Assembly: GCA_963752255.1 (NCBI GenBank)
Contig: CAVVXT010000003.1
Coordinates: forward strand, 113,076-177,075
Length of the DNA: 64,000 nt
Direction: 5' to 3'
DNA from: Nitrososphaeria archaeon
Lineage (GTDB): Archaea; Thermoproteota; Nitrososphaeria; JACIWG01
The notes under the pieces are model-generated. The model ran no database searches. It saw only the letters and a list, made by a program, of their open reading frames with translations, and was not told where the DNA came from. Positions 32,579 through 42,984 of this stretch are shown in pieces. Position 1 is the stretch's first letter. Every line of letters begins with the position of its first letter. Both the position numbers and the translations under genes were made by a program.

Positions 32579-33823
32579 ATGGTAAAACATTTATTTCAGC
32601 GTTCTCTGCCACATCAGACGATGGGTTCAGAAAAAACGAATACAAATAAAAACAATAAGAAGTACAAGGGTTTTTCAACGGAAAGCGTGCACGGTCACGA
32701 CTTTTATGAAGTCGAAAAAGGGCTTTTTAAGGTTCCTATATATATGACTGCAATATGGGAACAGTTCGACAGAGTTACTGGAAAGGAAAGAAAAACTGAA
32801 AGGAACGTTGATCTTAAATATTCTAGAGAAGAAAATTTGACTGTTAACGCCTTTGAGAAGGCACTTTGTAAACTTGAACAAGGGGAAGATGCCCTGGCCT
32901 TTAACAGTGGCATGGCGGCGATATTAACTCTTTATCTTAGCTATCTATCTTCGAATGACAGAATTTTGATAACAAAGGAGAGCTACGGTTTAACGCAGCA
33001 ACTAGCGAAAGACATGGGTAAATATGGTATTAAAACAATTTTAGCTGGCCCCGAAACCGATGATTTAGTTAATTCAATTGATAAGCACATCAAAATGGTT
33101 GTTATTGAGACAATAACGAACCCTCTGCTAAAGGTCGTGGACGTTGATGAAATCGCCAAAAGATGTCTAGAGGTTGGTGTAAAACTTGTAGTCGACAACA
33201 CCTTCGCTACACCTCTACTTCTAAAACCGCTTAAACACAACGCATGGATCTCGATGAACAGCTTAACAAAGTACATAGGTGGACACAATGACCTAATCGG
33301 AGGAGCTATCGCATCAGATTCGAAGAGTATCTTACAGCTTTTTGACTGGCGGAAGAAAATAGGCAATATAATGAACCCATTTGAAGCCTTCCTTATGTTA
33401 AGAAGCCTGCCAACTTTAAAGCTCAGGTTCATGCAGGAATCGAAGACGGCGAAGGAGCTAGCCGAATATTTGCTTAATCATAGGGGAGTTGAAGAAGTTT
33501 ATTATCCAGGATTAAAGAACAGCCCTTACCTCGATGTCGCGAACAGGTTGTTCGAAGAGAAGGCGTACGGCGGTGTTTTAAGCTTTAAGATTAAGGGTGG
33601 AAAAGACGAGGTTTTAAGATTTCTTATGCGCCTACAGATCGTTAAAGCATCTCCGAGCCTCGGTGGCGTAGAATCACTAGCCACATACCCCGTTCTAAGT
33701 GCTTCGCGTGGCATGGAACCTGCGGTAAGAGAGGAGCTGGGCATAACTGAGAATCTTATAAGATTGTCTGTAGGTCTCGAAGACGTTGAGGATTTGAAGG
33801 AAGACATCGACAACGCTCTATGA
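32579..33823 (+). CDS. Cystathionine gamma-synthase/lyase family PLP enzyme
   Basis: SGMAAI, ETITNP, DNTFATP, SLTKYIGGHND and SLGGVESL motifs; true start may be 32621. Confidence 0.92.
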   Translation: MVKHLFQRSLPHQTMGSEKTNTNKNNKKYKGFSTESVHGHDFYEVEKGLFKVPIYMTAIWEQFDRVTGKERKTERNVDLKYSREENLTVNAFEKALCKLEQGEDALAFNSGMAAILTLYLSYLSSNDRILITKESYGLTQQLAKDMGKYGIKTILAGPETDDLVNSIDKHIKMVVIETITNPLLKVVDVDEIAKRCLEVGVKLVVDNTFATPLLLKPLKHNAWISMNSLTKYIGGHNDLIGGAIASDSKSILQLFDWRKKIGNIMNPFEAFLMLRSLPTLKLRFMQESKTAKELAEYLLNHRGVEEVYYPGLKNSPYLDVANRLFEEKAYGGVLSFKIKGGKDEVLRFLMRLQIVKASPSLGGVESLATYPVLSASRGMEPAVREELGITENLIRLSVGLEDVEDLKEDIDNAL

Positions 33824-33906
33824 ACACGCAATTTACACGAATTCTAACGAAACTCTTTTTTCCTAAGTACGGCGTATGTTATTGATAAATTTCAAGCCAA
33901 AGAATT

Positions 33907-34387
33907 TTACCCGCCGGGTCCACCGTGTAACACTGCATCTTTCCAGACCATATCCCATACAACATCTTCTGTAAGTGCTTCTTTTGACATTATCGCGTTT
34001 TTCAGCTCTTGAAATATCCTGTGATGTTTACCTTCGTCTTCTAGGTATTATATTAAGTATCATCTTTAACCTAGAATCGTCAACAGATTGTATTATCTTT
34101 TTAACTCCATCATAAAGATGTGCCTCATTTTTGATGTGAAAGTCGATTTCTTCCTGGATCTTTTCAATGTCACTTTCAGGCACCATCTTCCTTTCTTTGT
34201 CCAGAAGATCTATTGCAGATAGATAGAGGTTAGAATGCTTCTCGGAATCCAAAGCTGTTACTTGGATAAGAGACTTAATCACGTTACTATCTATTTGGTC
34301 GGCAAGTTTATGAAGCTTCTTAGATAGGTCATATTCTTCACCTACCATTTCGTTAAGAACGCTTCTGACATCAATTTTAATAGTCAT
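33907..34387 (-). CDS. Ferritin-like diiron protein (frameshift near 34040)
   Basis: DSEKH, HIKNE and EDEGKHH motifs; C-terminal WDMVWKDAVLHGGPGG. Confidence 0.8.
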
Positions 34388-34584
34388 ATTTTAAAAGTGT
34401 TCTTTAAAATATATATAAATCTTTACATGTTTATCGTCATTTAGATAAACAAATAACTTAAACAAAAAAAGTTTTATTGAAGTTTATGTTAGCGTTTACG
34501 TTGCTAGTTAAACCTCTTGAGGTTACAACTGACTTAATATTCCGAATTCTCAAGTAGTTGGAATTTAATGCTTGAATTTATCTC

Positions 34585-34654
34585 TACACTTAGTTTATCC
34601 AACACTGTTCAAGAAAAAGTCAATCAGATGGGAGTGTTGGGTAAACTTAGTTTT
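34585..34654. promoter_or_regulatory. Motif B pair in inverted orientation, centres 57 bp apart
   Basis: AGTGTTGGATAAACTAAGTGTA (-) and AGTGTTGGGTAAACTTAGTTTT (+). Confidence 0.6.
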
Positions 34655-34740
34655 GGGTCTAAAACTAAATGTTAAGATTTTATGTGCAAAATAAATGTAA
34701 AGATGATCCTTGTAAAATGTTGTCTCCTATAGGGATTCAA

Positions 34741-35262
34741 TCAGTGTAGTCCTTTGTCCCAAGGGAACACTTTATACTTCCGATAATAGTCAGCGATTCC
34801 TCCTTCAGTAATTATTTCTAGCATGAATTGAGGATAAGGTTTTATTTGATCGATTAAATCACTTTTTTCATCAGTTATTCTACCTTCAGTTAAGTCAATT
34901 GAAAGCACATCTCCATCCTTCACATTTTCGATAAACTTGGATGATGCAACAACGGTTGGTAGACCAACGTTGACTGAATTTCTAAAAAATATCCTTGCAA
35001 AAGATTCTGCTACTATGGCTTTCACACCAGCTGCTTTAAGCACTCTAGGAGCCTGCTCTCTGCTAGAGCCGCATCCGAAATTTTTGCCCGCAACGATAAC
35101 ACTGCCGACAGCCATTCTATCTCTAAGCTTAGGGTCAAGGTCTTCGAAAACAAACTTCGTAAGCTCACTAATCACCTGCGTCCTATATTTGTATTTCCCA
35201 GATATTATCAAATCAGTGTTTATATGATCACCTAATTTAACGCATTTCGCTGTTATTTTCAT
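34741..35262 (-). CDS. leuD: 3-isopropylmalate dehydratase/homoaconitase small subunit
   Basis: INTDLI, NFGCGSSREQA and FARIFFRN motifs. Confidence 0.9.
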   Translation of the reverse strand: MKITAKCVKLGDHINTDLIISGKYKYRTQVISELTKFVFEDLDPKLRDRMAVGSVIVAGKNFGCGSSREQAPRVLKAAGVKAIVAESFARIFFRNSVNVGLPTVVASSKFIENVKDGDVLSIDLTEGRITDEKSDLIDQIKPYPQFMLEIITEGGIADYYRKYKVFPWDKGLH

Positions 35263-36513
35263 ACAACGTCACCATATTTCCTTGGATCAGTTATCTTGCC
35301 CTCTAAGGCTGTTGCAGCTGCCGTTACCGGACTAGCGTAGGAATATCTTTGATGTACTTGCCCCCATCCTTCCTGTAAAGTTTCTATTACTAGTGGACAC
35401 AGCGATTTCTTCTTCGCCTAGAAGCCCCATATGAGCTCCAATACATGGACCACAAGTCGGCGGACCAACAGTGCATCCTGCACTTACAAGTTTCTGAAGA
35501 TAGCCAGCTTTCAGAGATTCCAGATAAAGTCTCCTTGAGGCAGGAATTACGATACACCTTACTTTAACATGTTTTCCTTCAAGGATTTTTGTAGCAGCCT
35601 TAATGTCTTCAATTCGTCCATTTGTGCAACTGCCTATGAACACTTGGTCAACTTCCAAACCCTCGACTTCAGTTACTTTTTTAACGTTATCAACATTCGA
35701 GGGCGCTGCCACCATTGGTTCAAGCTTTCCAGCATCGAAGTGTAGTTCTCTTACGTATTTGGCTTCCTTATCAGGTTTAATAGCTTCAAAGTTACCTATT
35801 CTGCCTTTAAGCCAGGATTCTGTTTTTTCATTAAGTTCCATAGGACATGCTTTTGCGCCCATCTCGACTGCCATATTAGCGATTGTCATCCTGCTATCAA
35901 CGGAAAGCTCATCTATACAAGAGCCGTGATATTCAACGGCTTCATAGGTTAGTCCATCAGCTTTAACCGCACCCAGAACCTGAAGAACGATGTCCTTTGA
36001 CATAACCATGTTCGGAAGCTTTCCATCAACAGTGATCTTGACGGTCTCTGGCACTTTAAACCAGAGCTTCCCCGTTGCCATCGCTAAAGCTGCATCAGTG
36101 CTGCCGACACCTGTCGCAAAGGCGTTAAAAGCGCCGTGTGTTACACTGTGAGAGTCCGCCCCGATAACGACATTTCCCGGTTTAACATACCCCTCTTCAG
36201 GTAAAACTTGGTGACAGATACCTGAACCGATATCAAAAAGTTTCAAACCTTGCTGTTCTGCGAACTTCCTTAAAGAAATGTGAATATTCGAAATCTGTGG
36301 AGATGGACTAGGTGCTGCATGGTCTATGAAGAAGACGACTTTAGTTGGGTCAAAAACCTTCTTGATTCCTAGCTCCTCCATTGATTCAATGGCGAGCAAC
36401 GCTGTGCCGTCGTGCGCGAAGACGACATCAATATTTGATACAATAAAGTCTCCTGAGGAGACTTCCTTCTTTCCCGACGATTTTGCCAGGATTTTCTCAA
36501 CAATCGTTGACAT
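35259..36513 (-). CDS. leuC: 3-isopropylmalate dehydratase/homoaconitase large subunit (frameshift near 35335)
   Basis: GICHQ, GADSH, GSCTNGR, CGPC and NRNF motifs. Confidence 0.9.
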
Positions 36514-36543
36514 AACTTTCACCGTGATAGTTGCTATATGTTA

Positions 36544-36902
36544 TCATTCTGCATCACTCTTTGTAGCTCTAATCAAACCAATTATTTTTGGAAAATTAAA
36601 ACCTAGATCCTTGATTTTTTTAAGAACTTCTATATCATTTTTAGTGTACAAGAAAAGCTCTGAGGTTCTTATAATACCCTTCTTGCCACCTAAGGTATTT
36701 AACAATCCGTAGATCTTTAAAGACTTTTCCACAGAAAAAATTCTCCAACCCTGTTGTCTGACTCTTAAAGTTGTATCAGCAAGCCAGATATTGCCAATAT
36801 TTTGTAGAAAACATATGATTGGAGTAACATCGAAGGGGAAAATTTCTCTGAAAAAAATTTTCTTTTCTACGGGAATCAACTGATTTTCCCTTGAACTATC
36901 AT
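36544..36902 (-). pseudogene. Truncated DRE-TIM metallolyase (Re-citrate synthase/IPMS-like) N-terminus
   Basis: IWLADTTLRVRQQ...GIIRTSELFLYT...GLIRA, then stop; DRE motif degenerate and start out of frame. Confidence 0.7.
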
Positions 36903-36985
36903 TCTGTTTAACTCCTTAAATCCAAAACTATTCGTAATATAAACTTTTTAAATTTTAGAGAAAAAATTGTCTTTTTAATAGAAAA

Positions 36986-37339
36986 TTAGCCATTAAAGAT
37001 TTTTTTGATTTCACTAAATAACCTGCCTAGAGCAGATACCTTAGGTTCGACTACTTTTGGCACGTAATTTGCCTGTGGTGCTGTAACTCCGCTTAAAATG
37101 TCATAGAATGTTTTATATATCAAAACACCTTTACTCGTAAGTTTGTATGAGACACCTTCCTTGATAACAAGGTCATTCCCAAGCATTTTAACTAATGTTA
37201 CATAAAGCGATGATTTTGGTAGGTTTGTTTTATCCAAAATATCTGGGAAAGATTTAATTGAACTATCTAATGAACCTAAAATGATATACGCATTTTCATC
37301 TAATATACCCAAAACCATCCTATGAGGTTGCTTAGGCAC
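36986..37339 (-). CDS. Winged-helix DNA-binding protein
   Basis: LPKSSLYVTLVKML...YKLTSKG. Confidence 0.75.
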   Translation of the reverse strand: MPKQPHRMVLGILDENAYIILGSLDSSIKSFPDILDKTNLPKSSLYVTLVKMLGNDLVIKEGVSYKLTSKGVLIYKTFYDILSGVTAPQANYVPKVVEPKVSALGRLFSEIKKIFNG

Positions 37340-37380
37340 ATAAGCAACACCTAAGTTTATATATATAAGTATGAATGAAA

Positions 37381-37788
37381 CTATTTCTGCTCTCCATTAT
37401 CAGATTGTCCTTTTGGAGGTTGTTGAATCTGAGCAATCGGAGGTGGTGGCGGTATTTGGACGGTTTGAATCATCTGGGACTTTTTTACCTCTTCTATAAC
37501 AGTATTGGAAATCACCTTCACAACCGAGGCAAAAGTGGCTACGCCGACAAAAAAGCCAACAAAAATAAAGATCAATAAGATAGGACCGGCATATTGTTGA
37601 ATAATAGGCTGCACTTGCGTAACAATTTGAGTACTGTTAAGGTTGCCCAGATTTCCGATTCTGGATACTAAACTTGCTAAAATAGAGACGCTAAGAAATA
37701 TAAAAATCAGAGCACCAATTATCGCCCATAGAGCGACCCAAAGAAATATTATGAATCCATTCCAAAAAGCTTTACCCCAACCGATCAT
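37381..37788 (-). CDS. Membrane protein with a Pro/Gln-rich tail
   Basis: Two TM segments, 135 aa. Confidence 0.7.
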   Translation of the reverse strand: MIGWGKAFWNGFIIFLWVALWAIIGALIFIFLSVSILASLVSRIGNLGNLNSTQIVTQVQPIIQQYAGPILLIFIFVGFFVGVATFASVVKVISNTVIEEVKKSQMIQTVQIPPPPPIAQIQQPPKGQSDNGEQK

Positions 37789-37887
37789 CTACATCAAATT
37801 TTGCAAACACTTCTATGATATAAATTTATCTCCAAGAATTTTCACGATGAGAGTTTAATACTTATATAAATAAGATGTTAAGCCTTT

Positions 37888-38190
37888 TTGAGTGAGATGG
37901 AAATCGTTTTATACGTTGAACAAAAAAATAATGAAAAACTTAAACAGGCTCTTTTTGGAGATGATATTGTTTCTAGATCAAATATCATCGTACATGAAGC
38001 TGCTTCCTTTGGAAAAAGTGCCGGATTTTATATAAGGGTTTTAGGTGACGAAAAACAATGCAAGAAAGCCTTAGAACTTTCAAAGGATTTAGGAATTGAA
38101 GTTACGGGTGAAGAAAAAGAGAAGGTGCTCAAACAGTTGAATGAGGAAAGTGAAAAATCATTAGAAGGCTTTGGAGGCATATTCGGCTAA
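37888..38190 (+). CDS. Small conserved archaeal hypothetical protein
   Basis: 100-aa ORF ending GFGGIFG. Confidence 0.7.
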   Translation: MSEMEIVLYVEQKNNEKLKQALFGDDIVSRSNIIVHEAASFGKSAGFYIRVLGDEKQCKKALELSKDLGIEVTGEEKEKVLKQLNEESEKSLEGFGGIFG

Positions 38191-38240
38191 GTGTCTTTTT
38201 AAATAGATAACTAAATCTTATAACACATTATATTCTTAAT

Positions 38241-38271
38241 AAAACAGTTAACTGTTTTTATTTTGATTATT
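38241..38271. repeat. Motif C copy containing the perfect 18-bp palindrome AAAACAGTTAACTGTTTT
   Basis: Directly visible; related copies at 51935 and 55915. Confidence 0.7.
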
Positions 38272-38381
38272 AAGATTTAATGTTCTAAGCACATGAAACG
38301 AATTTTAAAGCCTTCTAAAATGCTAATAATGATAGATAAATATCATGAATGATTAATTACTATTTTTTTCTTTTCTATTCC

Positions 38382-38792
38382 TTATAATTTAAAAAGTGAA
38401 AAATCGACATTAGGAAATATTATTATAACGTTCCTTTTTGAAGCGTTAAAGTCAAATCTTATACCATTTGTAGCATTGCAGAATATTTCAATCGCAGGTT
38501 TAGGTATATATCCTAAGTTGCTAATATCAGATATATAACGAGCTATCTTTTGAAAGCGTTGAAAATCATCATCCTTAACTTTGGCATAACTTCCAATTAC
38601 ACTCAGAATTGATATTATCCTTGTCATATCTTTTTTGATCCTATTCTTCTTTTCTTTAAACTCCATAGATTCATCTTCTATAATATCGTTCATCTCTAAA
38701 CAGATTTTCCTTATCTCATCCTTCTTTTCTACCAACATCAGCCTTTCTTTTTCAGTAATTTCCATGCAAGATAATACAATTTCACTCTCCAC
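38382..38792 (-). CDS. Hypothetical protein
   Basis: 136-aa ORF. Confidence 0.6.
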   Translation of the reverse strand: MESEIVLSCMEITEKERLMLVEKKDEIRKICLEMNDIIEDESMEFKEKKNRIKKDMTRIISILSVIGSYAKVKDDDFQRFQKIARYISDISNLGYIPKPAIEIFCNATNGIRFDFNASKRNVIIIFPNVDFSLFKL

Positions 38793-38883
38793 TTAAATTC
38801 CTTTCCAATAATCTGTTTAGATGTTGGCTACACTATGTTTAGGTTAAGCACAAAATCCTAAATATAAAGTTAGCAAGAAAGAA

Positions 38884-39336
38884 TTGATGTGGGAAGAGGA
38901 AGAAACAAGAAAGCCTATTCCAATGAGTGTTAAAAAGGAAGTCTATAAAAGAGCTAAGGGAAGATGTGAAAAATGCCATACTCCTTGGAAATGGGAGAAT
39001 GGCAACTTCCATCACCTTAGAACCCCCACTATTACGCCAACAGCTAAAACAGTCGTCTTCCTTTGTCCCAACTGTCATACAAAATATGGACACAAACGAA
39101 TAACTAGAAGATATGAAGATTTACTTGGAACACATTCTTATACTCAAGTCATTAGGCAAAGAGTTGTAAGAAAGCCGAAAAGTAAGACCAGAAGAATTGC
39201 TATTAGAAGTCTTCTTGGTGAGGTTATAGGATATAGGACAATTAAGATTAGAAAAAAGAAGAGAAAAGTAAAACAAAAAGGGAAAGTCGTTAAAAGGAAA
39301 GCAAAGAAGATGAAAAGAAGACGCAGACGTCGATAA
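38884..39336 (+). CDS. HNH-like Zn-finger endonuclease domain protein with a very basic tail
   Basis: RKPIP...RCEKC...FHH...LCPNCH. Confidence 0.75.
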   Translation: MMWEEEETRKPIPMSVKKEVYKRAKGRCEKCHTPWKWENGNFHHLRTPTITPTAKTVVFLCPNCHTKYGHKRITRRYEDLLGTHSYTQVIRQRVVRKPKSKTRRIAIRSLLGEVIGYRTIKIRKKKRKVKQKGKVVKRKAKKMKRRRRRR

Positions 39337-39823
39337 GACTATGGATTAGTTAGTTATTATTACTTAGATTATAAATTAGGTTAGAAGTCAACTAGTTAAA
39401 AGAACAAATTTAACATATTCCTTAACGCACTTTTTGGAGTCCCCAGTTAGAAGGGTTATCTTTAAGCACAAGACCCCATGCTATTAGCGTTAAAGTTTAT
39501 TATATTAGATGGCGTTTTTAGAGGTCTTTAGCACATCTTAATCTTTCTTGACTTTGTTCATGGCTTGGTAAACTTTAACCATCTCAGAGTAATATAAGCA
39601 TTTTGAAATAATATAATCCTCTCTCATCTTCTTGGATTCCTTACCCTTAAATGGGCTATAAAAAAGTTCCCAGAAATATATCGAACATGAACAATTTGGG
39701 CTTAACGCTTAACGCTCCTTCCGGAAAATTTGTCAAATTAAATAAAAGGAAATGATTATACATAATAACGCACAAGTTTAATATATTTGCGATTATTGCT
39801 TAATACCGAGTGTTCAGAGAACA

Positions 39824-41287
39824 TTGATAATAAAAAATTCTATGGAACTTCTACAACATGGCAACGTTTCAGGGCGGAAAACTGTTTTAGAAATTATCGA
39901 ATCAGGACTTAAGGCGTCCGACCCATACTTTAACACTAAGGAATTGATCAAACTAAGAAATAAAGAATTGATTATTGGTCGACCAGGGCTATCTTTTTTT
40001 ACATCGGATGGCAGAAATATTAGCTCACCACTTGTTTTTGACCTATCCAAAATAAATAACATTTACGTCGTCGGCGGAGGAAAAGCCGCTCAAAGACAAG
40101 CTAAAGCCATAGAAGATGTCCTTAAAAATCTGATTACTGAAGGACATATAAATGCTAAGAAGGGAGAGGAGGTTCAGCTCAAGAAAATTGAAGTTACTCT
40201 TGCTGGGCACCCCTTACCTGACGAAGACGGAGTCAGAGGCTCAAAAAGGATCATGGAGATAGAGTTAAAGGCAAAGAAAGGTGACATCGTCTTCTTTTCA
40301 GAATCTGGAGGAGGCTCCGCATTAATGGCTTTACCCGGACCCGGACTTAAACTGGAAGACATCCAAGCTGTCACAAAAAAACTTTACTTTGAAAAGGGCG
40401 CGTTGATGTGGGACACAAATACGGTTAGATGGAATCTGATGATTCTTAGAGGAAGGGATGAAAGGTATGTCGGAGACGCTACGATGATCTGTTTTCACAC
40501 AGACGAGAGACCTTTAGGTGTTAAAGTTAACGTAAACAAACAAGTGAGAGGAGTTGGAACATATAGTGATGCTAAGAATATATTAAAAAAATATGGCATC
40601 TGGAATGACGTCCCTGAATCGGTCCGAAGATATTTAGATAAAGCAGATCCCCGCTATTCGCTAATAAAAAAAGGTGAATTAAATGGTAGACCCCATTACC
40701 ATTTTAGGGTCATGGGGCCTGAATACATGTTGGAAGCTGCCAAAAAAAGAGCTGAAGAGATGGGTGTTACCGCATCGATAATTGCCTCAAGCTTAAGCGA
40801 TATTGAAGCTAATGCGGTCGGAAACATGTTGGCCTATATCGCCAAAGAAATAGAAGTCTTTGGCAGGCCATTTAAGCCTCCTTGTGTTCTAATCTCTGGT
40901 GGGGAACTTCTTGTTAAGGTGGGTGAAAAGAAGGGACGAGGTGGAAGAAATCAAGAATTCGTCCTCTCTGCAGCTTCCAGGTTAGCTGGAAGTAGTAATA
41001 TTGTTATTGCATCATGCGATTCAGATGGAACAGACGGACCTACCGAGGCAGCTGGCGGCATAGTAGACGGTTTTACGGTAGAAAGGGCTGAAAAAGAAGA
41101 AATTCAAATAATGGAAGAGCTCGATAATCATGACAGCTTTAATGCTTTATCAAAATTGAAAGATCTTTTTTTCACTGGCGCAAGAGGAACAAACGTTCAA
41201 GACCTTCGCATCGTATATGTTGGAGGTATGAAACAAAATCAATGTGAACAGATTCCAGATTACATAACATCATTATTTATAAAGTGA
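39824..41287 (+). CDS. Glycerate 2-kinase / MOFRL family protein
   Basis: GGGKAA, HPLPD, SGGGSAL, GGRNQE, DGTDG and GTNV.D motifs. Confidence 0.9.
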   Translation: MIIKNSMELLQHGNVSGRKTVLEIIESGLKASDPYFNTKELIKLRNKELIIGRPGLSFFTSDGRNISSPLVFDLSKINNIYVVGGGKAAQRQAKAIEDVLKNLITEGHINAKKGEEVQLKKIEVTLAGHPLPDEDGVRGSKRIMEIELKAKKGDIVFFSESGGGSALMALPGPGLKLEDIQAVTKKLYFEKGALMWDTNTVRWNLMILRGRDERYVGDATMICFHTDERPLGVKVNVNKQVRGVGTYSDAKNILKKYGIWNDVPESVRRYLDKADPRYSLIKKGELNGRPHYHFRVMGPEYMLEAAKKRAEEMGVTASIIASSLSDIEANAVGNMLAYIAKEIEVFGRPFKPPCVLISGGELLVKVGEKKGRGGRNQEFVLSAASRLAGSSNIVIASCDSDGTDGPTEAAGGIVDGFTVERAEKEEIQIMEELDNHDSFNALSKLKDLFFTGARGTNVQDLRIVYVGGMKQNQCEQIPDYITSLFIK

Positions 41288-41502
41288 TAGACTCAGTTGT
41301 CTTTTTAAAGATAGAGAGAGAGTTTAATGAACACAATCTTTAGTGTAAACCAATCTATATTTGCTAAAATAAGTTTAAGTGTAGTCTAAACAGCGTTTAC
41401 AGATAAAAGCTAGCTATTAAAAATTGAACACCGAAATTATTGCACGCTGGCTAAGCACTTTTTTAGGTTAAATACATTAAGTAGAAATTATAACCCTAAA
41501 AT

Positions 41503-42618
41503 ATGAAGGTTAGAGAAGTTTTTAATACGTTTGCACCTTATGAATGGGAAATTTCATCTCGTGAAATTGCGGGTATAGCAAGCATCCCGGTTGAAAGGGT
41601 TTTGCGGCTTGATACAAACACTTCTCCTTTCCCCCCCAAAAAATGGCTCAAAAAATTAGCTAAAAATTTGGTTAACGCACCCGTGAATCAATATCCTGAT
41701 ACAAAATATTCAGAAATAACTCAAGCAATTACGAAATATGTTAAAGTGGATTTGGACAATATCGTGATGACTAAGGGTGCTGACGAAGCGATAGATATAA
41801 TAGTTAAGACACTGTTAGACTGCGGAGACAAAATAATTCTTTCAGTCCCCTCATATCCCATGTTTAGGGTCGCATCGGAGATAGCAGGCGCCAAAGTTCT
41901 TGAAGTGGACAGAAAAAGCGAACCACCATTCATGGACGATGTAGATGAGATGATTCATGTCGGAAAAAAAGAGAAAGTTTCTGCTGTTTTCCTTAGTAAT
42001 CCCAACAATCCCACTGGAACTCTAATGGAAGTAGATGATATAAGAAGATTAGCGGAAGAAATAAAGTGCGGTATCATAGTCGACGAAGCATACTTCGAAT
42101 ATTGTGGTAAGTCTGCCGTGAAATTAATAAAAGAGTATGAAAACGTCGTAATTATTAGGACCCTTTCTAAAGCCTTTTCTCTCGCTGGTGAAAGGATAGG
42201 CTACATTCTGGCAGATCAGAAGACAGTTGACAAATTCAACTACGTTAGACCTCCGAATTCACTAAGCGTTACTTCAATGGAATTGGCGCTGATAGCTTTA
42301 TCCGATATCAAACAGATACAAAAGTGGGTCAACGAAGTGGTAAGTGAAAGGGAAAGATGCTTTAATTTTTTAAAGTCAATTAGCGATATTAACCCATACC
42401 CTAGTACTGCCAACTTCATACTCTTTAAACTCTACAATCTTAGGGCGGACACTGTACACGGAGAGTTGTTGAAGAAGGGAATAAGCGTCCGAAACCTAAG
42501 TGGTACGAGAAACCTTAAAAACTGTCTAAGAGTGACAATCGGCTCAAGAAATGATAACGATAGATTCTTGGAGGAGTTTAAGACAATCATTAAAACCAAT
42601 CGTAAGAATAATATATGA
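41503..42618 (+). CDS. Second histidinol-phosphate aminotransferase-like class I/II aminotransferase
   Basis: LDTNT, GADEAI, NPNNPTG, DEAY and RTLSKAFSLAG.RIGY motifs. Confidence 0.85.
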   Translation: MKVREVFNTFAPYEWEISSREIAGIASIPVERVLRLDTNTSPFPPKKWLKKLAKNLVNAPVNQYPDTKYSEITQAITKYVKVDLDNIVMTKGADEAIDIIVKTLLDCGDKIILSVPSYPMFRVASEIAGAKVLEVDRKSEPPFMDDVDEMIHVGKKEKVSAVFLSNPNNPTGTLMEVDDIRRLAEEIKCGIIVDEAYFEYCGKSAVKLIKEYENVVIIRTLSKAFSLAGERIGYILADQKTVDKFNYVRPPNSLSVTSMELALIALSDIKQIQKWVNEVVSERERCFNFLKSISDINPYPSTANFILFKLYNLRADTVHGELLKKGISVRNLSGTRNLKNCLRVTIGSRNDNDRFLEEFKTIIKTNRKNNI

Positions 42619-42647
42619 GAGCCTGTTGAACACCAACGACATATTTA

Positions 42648-42827
42648 ATGCCTTCGATAATTAACAACTTTGATACACTTTCAACACACGGCAATATTAG
42701 GGGAAGGAAGATTATTTTAGACATTCTCGAAGCAGGACTTCAAGCCACAGACCCCTACGACAACGTGCGAAAGCTAATTAATCTGAAAGGAAAAAAATTC
42801 TATAGGACGACCCAAGACAAGATTTAA
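42648..42827 (+). pseudogene. N-terminal stub of a second glycerate kinase/MOFRL paralog
   Basis: IINNFDTLSTHGNIRGRKIILDILEAGLQATDPY aligns with IIKNSMELLQHGNVSGRKTVLEIIESGLKASDPY of the 39824 gene. Confidence 0.8.
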
Positions 42828-42984
42828 AACAATTGGCTTGCCCAATACCATCAACTTCTAGTATACGAGACTCAATTTAAAGTTTACAAGGGGCTGTCAT
42901 ATAGTATACAGAGTCAATTTGATTCTATAGTTCAGAATATTCCTTAAAGGCGTAACTATCTTAAAATCAAAAGCGTCTATTAAA

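Noticed and set aside
39420-39660. Possible IS200/IS605 (TnpB) remnant; similar weak signal at 4280-4330
   Set aside because: Only vague similarity; no recognisable RuvC or Zn-ribbon motifs and no element ends
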